Origin: Azolla caroliniana
Taxonomy: Eukaryota; Plantae; Polypodiophyta
Assembly (NCBI GenBank): GCA_043228905.1
Contig: JBHGNT010000021.1
Coordinates: 5,456,001-5,520,000 of the forward strand
Direction of reading: 5' to 3'
Length of the DNA stretch: 64,000 bases
Part shown: one piece after another, positions 1-9,464 of the stretch
Numbering within the stretch: the stretch's first letter is position 1
Layout: every line of letters begins with the position of its first letter
The notes under the pieces: model-generated
The model's database searches: none
The model's input: only the letters and a program-made list of their open reading frames with translations
Told to the model about the DNA's origin: nothing
Program-made: the position numbers and the translations under genes

Positions 1-35
1 CTTCCACAAGACGAGGTATTTAACACCAACGGGCA

Positions 36-857
36 TAAGCGTAGAGAGTCGTCCTTCTTCTTCACAAATAAAATGGGGGCCCCGGCTGGTGACTTAGAAG
101 GTTGAATAAATCCTTTCTCGAGGTTCTCATCGAGATACACATGAAGGGCCTTCGACTCTGGTGTAGACAACGCATATAGAGGACCAAAGGGTGGACACGC
201 ACCTTCTTGAAGATCAATTGGACAGTCGTAGAGCCGGTGTTCAGGCAAACGATCAGCATTACATTTTTCAAATACGTCGAAGAAGTGTTGGTATTTTTCA
301 GGAATAACATGGAGTGTGTTAGAAATGGCGCCACAAACAAACCTATCCTGGACCGATGATGGGGTAGTCAATTCGGAGTCGACCGTCTCTGAAGGATAGG
401 AAACTGAATTTACCTTTATACTTTTGCACGAGCATCTTGGCTTGCTAAATGTGATCGAGCGGTTGCACCAATCCACTATTGGATTGTGTGCCTCCAACCA
501 CGTTAGTCCTAAGACGATCGGATGTCAAGGAGATGCGATGAGGTAAAAGGCGAGCTCCTCCTGGTGTGAGCCCACCCGAAGCCCTAATGGGATTGTAGCT
601 TGAGTAATTGCACCTGATGAGAGGACGCACCCGTCGATGGCGTCAACTGGAATGGGTTTTGAGAGGCCAACAACAGGTACGCCATGTGCTTGGGCAAACG
701 TGACGTCGATGAAGCAAGAAGATGCCCCAAAATCAAGTAAAGCAACCGACTGAATGGAACTAGAGTTAAACGAAAGCCATACCTCCAATGTGAAATTGCC
801 TGATGGTCCGGCAATGGAACCAAGAGAATGTGGGTGACGAGAGATGTCCAGTTGCAT
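36..857 (-). pseudogene. pol: pol fragment: aspartic protease and N-terminal reverse transcriptase, disrupted
   Basis: ALLDFGASSCFID (degenerate DSGA). A manually read frame gives LPEHRLYDCPIDLQEGACPPFGPLYALS...GFIQPSKSPAGAPILFVKKKD. The protease lies in the -1 frame relative to gag. Confidence 0.85.
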
Positions 858-862
858 GGCTC

Positions 863-1879
863 CTACTGCAACCGAACGATGTCGTTTTCCGAATGTTGGG
901 GTCCGTTAGCTCGATGGAATTGTGGGCGAGTACTCCTAGGACAATGGCGAACGACATGACCGGAGGCGCCACAATACATGCACAAGCCATTAGCTTGCCG
1001 AAATTGTCATTCAGCATCAGTCAATGGCCGAAATCAGGATTGATCAATTTCCATGGGGATAGGAGCATTTGCCAAAGTAGGCGAGTGTGAGGATGCCTGG
1101 GGTTGTATGACCGGGGCGTGGCGTGGAAGTGAATGAGGTGGAACCCAAGTCCGGCGCTCTTCTTGGCGAAATTCGAAAAGATGATTGTCACAATGGACTA
1201 CTTGTGAAATTGCTTTGGATAACGAGGTGGGCTCCGGAAAGTTTAAGAGAAGATTCTTGACATTGTTTCGAAGGCCGCGCCGAAAGTGATCAGCTAAAGC
1301 ATGATCATACCAATTGACGTCGCATGCTAGTTGTCGAAATTTGGAAGCATAGACCGAAGCCGCACGCGAACCTTGTTCGAGTGCATAAATCTTGTTAAGA
1401 GATGTATGTCGTCGGTCCGTCTCTCCAAATGTGGCCTCTAACTCGGCGAGGAAGGCGGGAAAGTCCTCCAATAGAGGTGACGAGGTTTCTACCAATGGTG
1501 CAAACCAAGCTTGGGCCGGACCGGAGAGAAGGGTGCCCACAAGGCCGACTTGTCGAAGACCATCTCCATAACGTTGAGGTTGTAGCCGAATGATAAGTCG
1601 AACTTGGTTGATGAACCCTCGGAAACGCGACCTCGTTCCATCAAATTTTTCTGGGAGGCTAACCTTAGGCTCAAGAAACTGTGACGAAGCTAGGCTAGAT
1701 GTTGGTAGAAGATCGGGCTCTAGGCTAGGTTGTTGTGGGAGACTAGGGTTTAGGGGTTGTGAGGACAGGGAGGTACCGACTTGAAGTTCTTGTAAAGAAT
1801 TTCGAAAAGCTTCATTTTCAAGTTGTAATTGTCGTAAGGCTACCATTATTTGGCCTAACTCACTAGTTGAGTCGGACAT
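863..1879 (-). pseudogene. gag: gag (capsid plus CCHC zinc knuckle) with two in-frame TGA stops
   Basis: ORF 1034..1879 has PKVSLPEKFDG...F and PMEID motifs. Reading through TGA at 1036 and a second TGA gives CMYCGASGHVVRHC and ends SENDIVRLQ* at 863. Confidence 0.88.
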
Positions 1880-1916
1880 CGCTATGGCTTATGAGAGGGA
1901 GAGCTATGAGGATGGG

Positions 1917-1929
1917 AAGGTGAACAAAC
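1917..1929 (-). promoter_or_regulatory. Self-priming primer-binding site (GT-TTGTTCACCTT)
   Basis: Lies 2 nt after the LTR end. It is an exact 11-nt complement of AAGGTGAACAA in the LTR ~30 nt after the TATA box and does not begin TGG like a tRNA PBS. Confidence 0.75.
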
Positions 1930-2284
1930 TGTCACGGATCATAAGCTCAAGAGACAAACAAGAAGATAACCAAATGGACAAAAAAAGAAGATAGTATTAA
2001 AGGAAAGACTCCATAACTGGTGTTGTTCACCTTGAATTCCTTCAAGGTGAACTCCTCTATTTATACTACATGGCATGCATACTTGTTGCACGCATGTGAA
2101 TCTACAATAGAGCATGTAGGTATGCATGCATGTGCCAAGTGTAAATACTACAAGGGAGCAACTATGCACATGATGCTAGCAAAATAATAAGGACCAATTA
2201 CATACATAACTATGTACTAGATATCTTGGTTAACTCATAATACTAGATTATAACATGGTCGTGTCAAGAGTTTGAATCTTGACA
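1930..2284 (-). repeat. LTR (355 bp, TGTCA...TGACA) shared between elements A and B
   Basis: Preceded on the minus strand by PPT AGGAGGGGGATAA (2297-2285) and followed by PBS and gag. Contains TATAAATAG at 2065-2057. Confidence 0.88.
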
Positions 2285-3595
2285 TTATCCCCCCTCCTAC
2301 GTCGCCTTCCCAAATCAGCTGCTGGTTTGTGGGGATATCGGTGATGAAAATCTTGGACGACCTCTGGGGCATTTTGTAAATTTGCCAATGGTTCCCACGT
2401 GGCCTCAGACATGGGGTAACCCCTCCATAGGACGAGGTATTGCAAGTGTCGACGGTGCCAACGCAAGTCAAGGATTTGGTCGACCTCGTATTCCTCCCCT
2501 GTTGTCAATTGCACAGGTGGTGGTGGTGGGGCCTGACATCCTGGGAGTTGTGAAGCATAATGGGGTTCGAGGAGGGAGACATGAAAAACATCGTGAATCC
2601 GGAAGTGGGATGGAAGGGCGAGTCGGAAGGTGACGGGATTGATGCACTCGATGATACGGAATGGTCCCAACTTCTTGTAATCCAGTTTCGCACATGGACG
2701 AGTCGTAGAGATGTGTCGACGTAACAACCAGACCATGTCTCCAACGACAAAGTGTGGAGTGGAAGATTGATGGCGATTAGCCTGCTTCTTGTATCGTTCA
2801 CTAGCAAGACTAAGCTCCAAGGATACATCATGATGTAGTTCTTCCAAAATGCGGGCGCGATCCTCTGCCGAAGGGTTCACGGAAGTGGTAGGAAGGGAAA
2901 TGTTGAAGCGAGGATGTAAACCATAGTTGGCAAAGAAGGGAGTGACGCCAGTCGATGCATGGAGAGAATTATTGTAGGCGAATTCCGCGAGCGAAAGTAA
3001 GTTGACCCAATCATCTTGTTGGTAACTAACCAAGCACCGAAGATACTGCTCAAGGATTTGGTTGACACGCTCCGTTTGCCCATTATTTTGGGGGTGATAA
3101 GCGGAGGACAACTTAACAGAGATGCCTAAAGATTATAGCAGGCGCTGCCAGAAGTGAGAGACAAACTGGGGTCCGCGATCCGAGATGACATCATCGGGTA
3201 GTCCATGCAAGCGTACCACATTGTTGAGTAGTAGATGCACCATTCCTTCTTCGGAAATGGTTTTGGAGCATGGAGTGAAGTGAGCCATCTTTGTAAAATC
3301 GATCAACAACAACCAAAACCGAGTCATAGCTATTGACCAAGGGTAGATCAGTTATCAGGTCCATAGAGATAGAGGCCCAAGGACGACGAGGACATGGAAG
3401 CGGCTGTAGTAAGTCGTATGGCCGATGATGAATGGCTTTGGAGTGAGCGCAAACCTCACAACTCTTTATGTATTCTTTGACCAACTTCCATGGTTGTGGC
3501 CACCAATACCCCCGAGAGATTAGCTCGAGGGTTTTCACGACCCTGAAATGACTTGCAAGTGGGTCATCGTGGCATTCCCGCAACACCCGTGTGCG
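2285..3595 (-). pseudogene. Integrase plus chromodomain of chromovirus element B (frameshifted, 5'-truncated) with PPT
   Basis: Zn-binding HDDPLASH...C..C, PWASISMDLITDLP, SDRGPQF, HPQNNGQTERVNQ, GPF motif and chromodomain EEYEVDQILD...YLVLWRGY...ATWEP, spread across ORFs 3191-3586, 3133-3327 and 2248-3111. Confidence 0.9.
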
Positions 3596-3601
3596 ACATG
3601 G

Positions 3602-5645
3602 TTTTAGCTAGAATCATGTGCATAATTTCTCCCTTGTATTATTAACACTTGGCACATGCATGCGTACCTACTACCTACATGCTCTATTGTATCACATGCG
3701 TGCAACAGGTATGCATGCCACTTAGTATAAATAGTTGAGTTCACCTTGAAGGAATTCAAGGTGAACAACGCCAATCATGGACATATCAATCTAGTATTCT
3801 CGTTTTGCCCATCTTCTCTCCTTAATCTTCATCTCTATCTTTATGCTCTTGTGTCATTCCGTCATCGCTCCATCGTAGCCTCATCATCAGTGCTCCGTCT
3901 TAGTCTGCACTTGGTGTGTCCGTGACAGTTTGTTCACCTTCCAACTAGAAGCATCACCCGTCTCCATCATCGCCCTTGCTTCCAAAGTTACCATCGTCAA
4001 CATCCCTTCATTGTCTCTATTTTTTAGTTTCTCCTCATCATTGTCTCTATTTTTTAGTTTCTTTCCCGTTCGTGTTCATGTTCTAGTTCCCAGTGAGGGC
4101 CGCACAAGGCCACTCACCCCGTTGATGTTCGTGTTCCAGTTCCCGGTGAGGTCCGCACAAGGCCGCTCACTCCCATTGGTGTTCGTGTTCCAGTTCCCGG
4201 TGAGGGCCGCATGGTCGCTCACACCCATTCGTGTTCGAGTTCCCGGTGAGGTTCGCACAAGGCCGCTCACTCCCTTGGTATAAATAGTTGAGTTCACCTT
4301 GAAGGAATTCAAGGTGAACAACGCCAGTCATGGACATATCAATCTAGTATTCTCGTTTCGCCCATCTTCTCTCCTTAATCTTCATCTCTATCTTTATGCT
4401 CTTGTGTCATTCCGTCATCGCTCCGTCGTAGCCTCATCATCCGTGCTCTGTCTTAGTCCGCACTTGGTGTGTCCGTGACAGTCATGGACATATCAATCTA
4501 GTATTCTCGTTTCGCCCATCTTCTCTCCTTAATCTTCATCTCTATCTTTATGCTCTTGTGTCATTCTGTCATCACTCCGTCGTAGCCTCATCATCCGTGC
4601 TCTGTCTTAGTCCGCGCTTGGTGTGTCCGTGACAGTTTGTTCACCTTCCAACTAGAAGCATCACCCGTCTTCTTCATCGTCCTTGCTTCTAGAGTTACCA
4701 TCATCACCGTAGCATCATCAACATCGCTTCATTTCCTATCTTCCTTGCCATTTCTATCTCCTAGTTTTTTCTCATCATTTTCATTGGCTTTTAGTTTCTC
4801 CTCATCATTGTCTCTATTTTTTAGTTTCTTGACCGTTCGTGTTCGTGTTCCTCTGGTGAGGGCCGCACAAGGCCACTCACTCCCGTTGGTGTTCATGTTC
4901 CAGTTCCCGGTGAGGTGCGCAGCCGCTCACTCCTGTGGGTGTTCGTGTTCTAGTTCCCAATGAGGGCCGCATGGTCGCTCACGCCCGTTTGTGTTCGAGT
5001 TCCCGGTGAGGGCCGCATGGTTGCTCACGCCCGTTCATGTTCCTGTTCCCGGTGAGGGCCGCACATGGTCGCTCACTCCCGTTCTTGATCCTGTTCCCAG
5101 TGAGGGCCGCATGGTTGCTCACTCCCGTTCATGTTCCAGTCTCCGGCGAGGACCGCACATGGTCCCTCACTCCAGTTTTTATTCATGTTCCACATCCTGG
5201 CGAGGACGGACATGGTCGCTCATGCCCATTGGGGTTCATGTTCCAGTTCTTGATGAGGTCCACACATGGTCGCTAACTCCCGTTCGTGTTCCAGTCTTCG
5301 GCGAGGACCCACATGGTCTCTCACTCCATTTATTTTTCATGTTCCACATCCCGGCGATGACCGACATGGTCGCTCATGCCCATTACGGTTCATGTTCCAG
5401 TTCTCGGTGAGGACCAGACATGGTCGCTCACGCCCGTTGGTGTTCATGTTCCAATTCTCGGTGAGGACCACGCATGGTCTCTCATGCCATTGTTGGTGTT
5501 TGTGTTATCATCGGGAACTGGAAGACGAACACCAACAGGAGTGAGCGGCCTTGTGCAGCCCTCACCAGCAACTGGAACACGAACACCAACGGTAGTGAGT
5601 GGCCTTGTGCAGCCCTCATCGGGAACTGGAACACGAACACAAACA
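3602..5645 (+). mobile_element. Non-coding, rearranged derivative of the same LTR family
   Basis: 5'-truncated LTR 3602-3927 whose U3/TATA/hairpin resembles LTR 1930-2284 inverted. The same PBS occurs at 3928-3940 and 4635-4647. Partial LTR copies at 4278-4480 and 4481-4634. Internal region is tandem repeats with no gag/pol. Confidence 0.75.
4068..5645. repeat. GC-rich 46-54 bp tandem repeat array (GTTCGTGTTCCAGTTCCCGGTGAGGGCCGCACAAGGCCGCTCACTCCC...)
   Basis: About 4 units at 4068-4277, a longer block at ~4835-5500, and ~2.5 inverted units at ~5513-5645. Confidence 0.9.
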
Positions 5646-5647
5646 GG

Positions 5648-6120
5648 TGTCATGATAACAGTCACATCATGCATGGAAAGGATCATGACACTCACTCGAA
5701 AGGATTTGAACCCACGACCTTGTTGTACACATGTCAAATCCTTAACCATTGTATTAATATTCTTATATGTATAGTATCTAGAATATGAAATCTAATATCA
5801 TAGGAATATTCTATATTACTCTACATTCTAGGATGACCTAGAATATTCTAGAGTGTTCTATACCACTAGAACCTTCTAGAATACTCTAGAGATCTTCTAG
5901 ATTACTCTACATTCTAGGATAACCTAGAATATTCTAGAGTGTTCTCTATTACTTATAAATAGGGATCTACCACCCATCCCAAACCTAAATTGGTTCAACG
6001 CCATTTTGTAGCCTACTCTTTGTAATCCATTTTACGCTTCAATATAATAATTCTCTTTCAATTATCTCTCTATCTCTTTTTCTCTCTCTTTCTCTCTCTT
6101 TCTCTCTCTCAGTCTTGACA
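5648..6120 (+). mobile_element. Solo LTR with 5-bp TSD
   Basis: TGTCA...TGACA termini, with ACAGG at both 5643-5647 and 6121-6125. TATAAATAG at ~5954, internal TCTAGA-rich duplication and CT-rich U5. Confidence 0.85.
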
Positions 6121-7251
6121 ACAGGAATGGGGTTTAGGGTTTAGGGTTTGGTAGAGATAAAGTGGAATATTCTAACTTTGGCAAATAAAATCAAACTCCT
6201 ACCTTTGACGTCAAGGCCCACACCCATGTTCATGGTTCTCTAGAGCATGGCTCTCGCCACACCATCCTCATTGTCCCTACCACAAACTCGTACACGTCTT
6301 TTAGATGTGGTTTGGGCGCATGTAGAGAAAACTTCAAATATGTTGTATCATCGATATAGTTCCTTTGCGACCTGCCCTAGCTCCTCACCAAGGAAGGCAA
6401 CCTTGACAACCTCAACCACAAGGTCATGGATTTAGTATTTCCATCAAGACATACTAGACATGAATTGGGTTGTAACCATTGTTCTTGATGTCCACATTCT
6501 AGTTCAAAGTTAGATTCATACACTACAAGATGAGCCACATTGTGCAAATGTGCATTGGTATGAGCATCATGACCTACTAACCAAGGGCAAGTTGTTGATT
6601 GGGAAGTTGTATGGAGCGAACAACAAGGCGTGAGACTAGAAAAAGACAAGATTGCCTCGTCAAGTGCTCAAATGGCTAACGTTGTTGTTGCTCTCGATAT
6701 TCATTCTTCTCCCATTATCATGTAAATATGCATGCATGCGATACTTGAGCGGTATGGCCAAGGACCTTAACTAGGGAGGATATGATGTCATGAGAAAGAT
6801 TGAGAACCCTTGTGGGTGGACCTAATGTAATCCCCCTTCTAAGAAATATATCTTTCGAGGAATTCAATTCGAGGAACCTTGGCTCAAGTAAACTCTAGCT
6901 CGAGCAAGGCCTTTGAGCAATTCCTTCAAGTGAACACTTTGAGGAATGAGCTTCTTGTTGATACCAAGAATCAACCACTCTTCCTCCATGAGATCACGAG
7001 CAACAACCATGAACCTTTTTGGTTCTTGTGTCGTTCCATGTGCTCTTTCACATCCGCCTCCTCTTTAACATTCCCCTTCATTCATCTCTTCCACCTTCAC
7101 CCAAGCAAGAAAACCCTAATGAAATTTCCCAAAGAAGAGAGGAATTGTACACTCGCCAACCGAGCTCTCATGGAACCCTCGAATCCCTAAATCATCTAAC
7201 CCCAAAATGAGCCCTCAGCTCCCCTTTTTATAGTGAGAAAGGAGGTTCACC

Positions 7252-8337
7252 TAACAATTGGCAACGGTTCGGTTTGAACCAAAACAAACCGTGAAACCGT
7301 GGCTTGACGGCTTAACAGTTTAAACGGTTCGGTTCGGTTCTGGTTTTTTAATTTAAACAGTTTAACGGTTTTTAAATTTTAAATTTTTTAATTACTTTTT
7401 ATATTTATTTATTTTTTAAATTGTTTTTAAATAATCTTTTCATTTTATTTTATTTTTTCCAAAAACAAACTTCCATTAGTTATAAAAATTTACAAAAGAG
7501 ACGATTATGTACAAATCCCTGAAGGGACACAATAGTTCGATCTTATGTGGATGCCCACTAACTCAAGAAAGGGAGAGGACGACCATTGTTGGATGAAGGC
7601 TATTCGTTGTCTTTCAACTCCCTCAGAACTGCCCTTAAGGCCATCATATTGGCTCTTCAGAGTGGCTACAATTTCACTCCATATCTCTTGTAGTAACCTT
7701 GTTGGATTTTCAGTTTGGTTGGAGAAGACTCACCTACATTGTTGTTTCCATAGAATCCAAAGAATTATTGGGCTAACCAATTCCAACACCTCTTGAGATT
7801 TGTCATTAAGAGGAGTGGAGTGGACATTGCCGCTAGAGGAGAAAAACACCTCTTGTGCTTGTATCACCGAAGTCATCCCCTCCTCCTAATGCTCGTATCT
7901 GCCAATTGTGGCCTGCCATGATAGCCAACATATATTTCCCCACTTGATTGAGCCTTGCACCTAGCATAATTGCAACAAGCGGCCAACCCCCCGCCATATT
8001 CGATGGGACGTTGGGTTGTCCCACATAGCGTGTCGTATTGATTCTACTGCATGTGGGCACTTTACACAATTAGGAGAGCTCAGGTTCCCACGTTTTCATG
8101 CCTTATTCTCACATTTTGGGAAAATTTTTAATTTTAAAAAAATTTTAAATTTTAAAATTTGACCTAAGCTTAAAACCGAAACCGAACCACGAAACCACAC
8201 TTTTACCAGTTTAATGGCGTAACAGTTTGAATTTTTTTTAATGGTTCGATTTAGCAGTTTCGTGGTTTGGGTTTCAACATCTCTAAACGGTTCGGTTTGG
8301 ACCCCCTCAAACTGAACTAAACCGTTGCCAATTGTTA
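7252..8337. mobile_element. hAT-type non-autonomous element (MITE) containing a nested LINE fragment
   Basis: TIR TAACAATTGGCAACGGTT / AACCGTTGCCAATTGTTA. 8-bp TSD GGTTCACC at 7244-7251 and 8338-8345. Subterminal AACCG/CGGTT repeats. Confidence 0.9.
7444..8092 (-). mobile_element. 5'-truncated L1-type LINE (3' end of ORF2)
   Basis: Minus-strand zf-RVT-like CVKCPHAVESIRHAMWD...IW and ILWILWKQQCR*VF. A-rich tail at ~7460-7444. TTTTCAT duplicated at 7437-7443 and 8093-8099. Confidence 0.8.
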
Positions 8338-8524
8338 GGTTCACCCACCACAATATAAATGCTCACCCACTCCCCTTTCCTTAGAATGCAACAAACGGGG
8401 TAGCTAATGCCCAGACACACGAGACACCATTTACATATTTACATTATTTTCTACATTGTCCCATTTTCTTCTTCTTTCGGCCCCTTTGAACCTGCCACGT
8501 CACAACGTCACTCAACGCCCTCTC

Positions 8525-8895
8525 CATAGTTGGTAAAAAACGTGTATTCTACGTTTAGAATACTTTGAAGTATTCTACATGTATTCCTTGTTTTAGAGCT
8601 GCCATTTTTCAAATTTTCATGTATTGTACATATTCTAAAAACTTGATGTATTCTACGTATTTAACAAGTATTTAACAATTCAAAAAAATTTAAAATTATT
8701 TTCTTTTGGAAAAAAACATTGAATTTTAAGATGTACTTAGTGTATTTTGCAAGCATTCTACACATATTCTAAGCATTTATTGTATTTAACATATTTTTTG
8801 TGTAAAATACGTAATCTAAGTATGTTTATAAAAAAGTTGGAATACTCAGCATATGTATTCTACGCATATTGTATGCTATGTATTCTACAACAATG
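8525..8895. mobile_element. Older hAT-type MITE of a second family
   Basis: Imperfect TIRs CATAGTTG / CAACAATG. Flanks GCCCTCTC and GCCCTCGC match 7 of 8. Repeated GTATTCTA subterminal motif. Confidence 0.6.
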
Positions 8896-8954
8896 GCCCT
8901 CGCCATGCCAATACCTTAGTATTCATGAAGAAAAAAGGAGAAGGGGGTTGGAGA

Positions 8955-9366
8955 TAACAATCGGCAATGGTTCGGTTCGAGAGTGTCAAAACTGAACCAA
9001 ACCATGAAACCGTTTAAACCGAGCAGTTAGATAAAAATCCAAACCGTTAAAATTCCGGTTTCGGTTTTTCAACTTAGGTCAAAATTCAAATTTTAATTTT
9101 AATTTTTTTAAATTTTAAAGATTTTTCCTAAAATGTGAGAATTAGGCTGAAAAAAAGGTTTGTTTATAGAAATTATTTACAATGATTTAAAAACCATCAA
9201 ACTTCAGAACTAAACCGTTCACCCCCCCAACCCCCCTCCAAACCAAACTGAAGTGAAATCAAACCATTAAAAAACTCTTGGATCTGAACCGAACCGAACC
9301 GTTGAAACCGGTAAGCCGCGGTTGCGCAGTTCGGTTCGGTTCAAACCGAACCTTGGCCGATTGTTA
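8955..9366. mobile_element. hAT-type MITE, same family as 7252-8337, opposite orientation
   Basis: TIR TAACAATCGGC / GCCGATTGTTA. Perfect 8-bp TSD GTTGGAGA at 8947-8954 and 9367-9374. Confidence 0.9.
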
Positions 9367-9464
9367 GTTGGAGATCATATTGTAAACTTTAAAGTATAAA
9401 GGTAAAATTGGAGGCCTATATGTACTTGTAAATTGAAGGCAGGAAGGACACAGAAGAAGTAATC

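Larger units (their letters stand above)
1..2284 (-). mobile_element. Ty3/gypsy chromovirus (Tcn1/Tf1-sushi-like) LTR retrotransposon A, internally deleted, runs off left edge
   Basis: On the minus strand: LTR 2284-1930, PBS, gag 1879-863, protease (LLDFGASSCFID), start of RT (PSKSPAGAPILFVKKKDDSLRL), then an abrupt jump to chromodomain-like GVKYLVLWK at ~30-1. Confidence 0.9.

Noticed and set aside
4068-5645. Palindromic repeat array resembling CRISPR
   Set aside because: Units are contiguous with no unique spacers, there are no cas genes and the context is a eukaryotic TE. The ORFs over it are repeat artefacts.
6131-6150. TTTAGGG telomere repeats
   Set aside because: Fewer than three units; such short telo-box runs are common in plant DNA.
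6826-8443. Possible LTR (TGTAA...TTACA, minus-strand TATA) hosting the hAT MITE
   Set aside because: No matching TSD for any candidate end and no convincing PBS or PPT.
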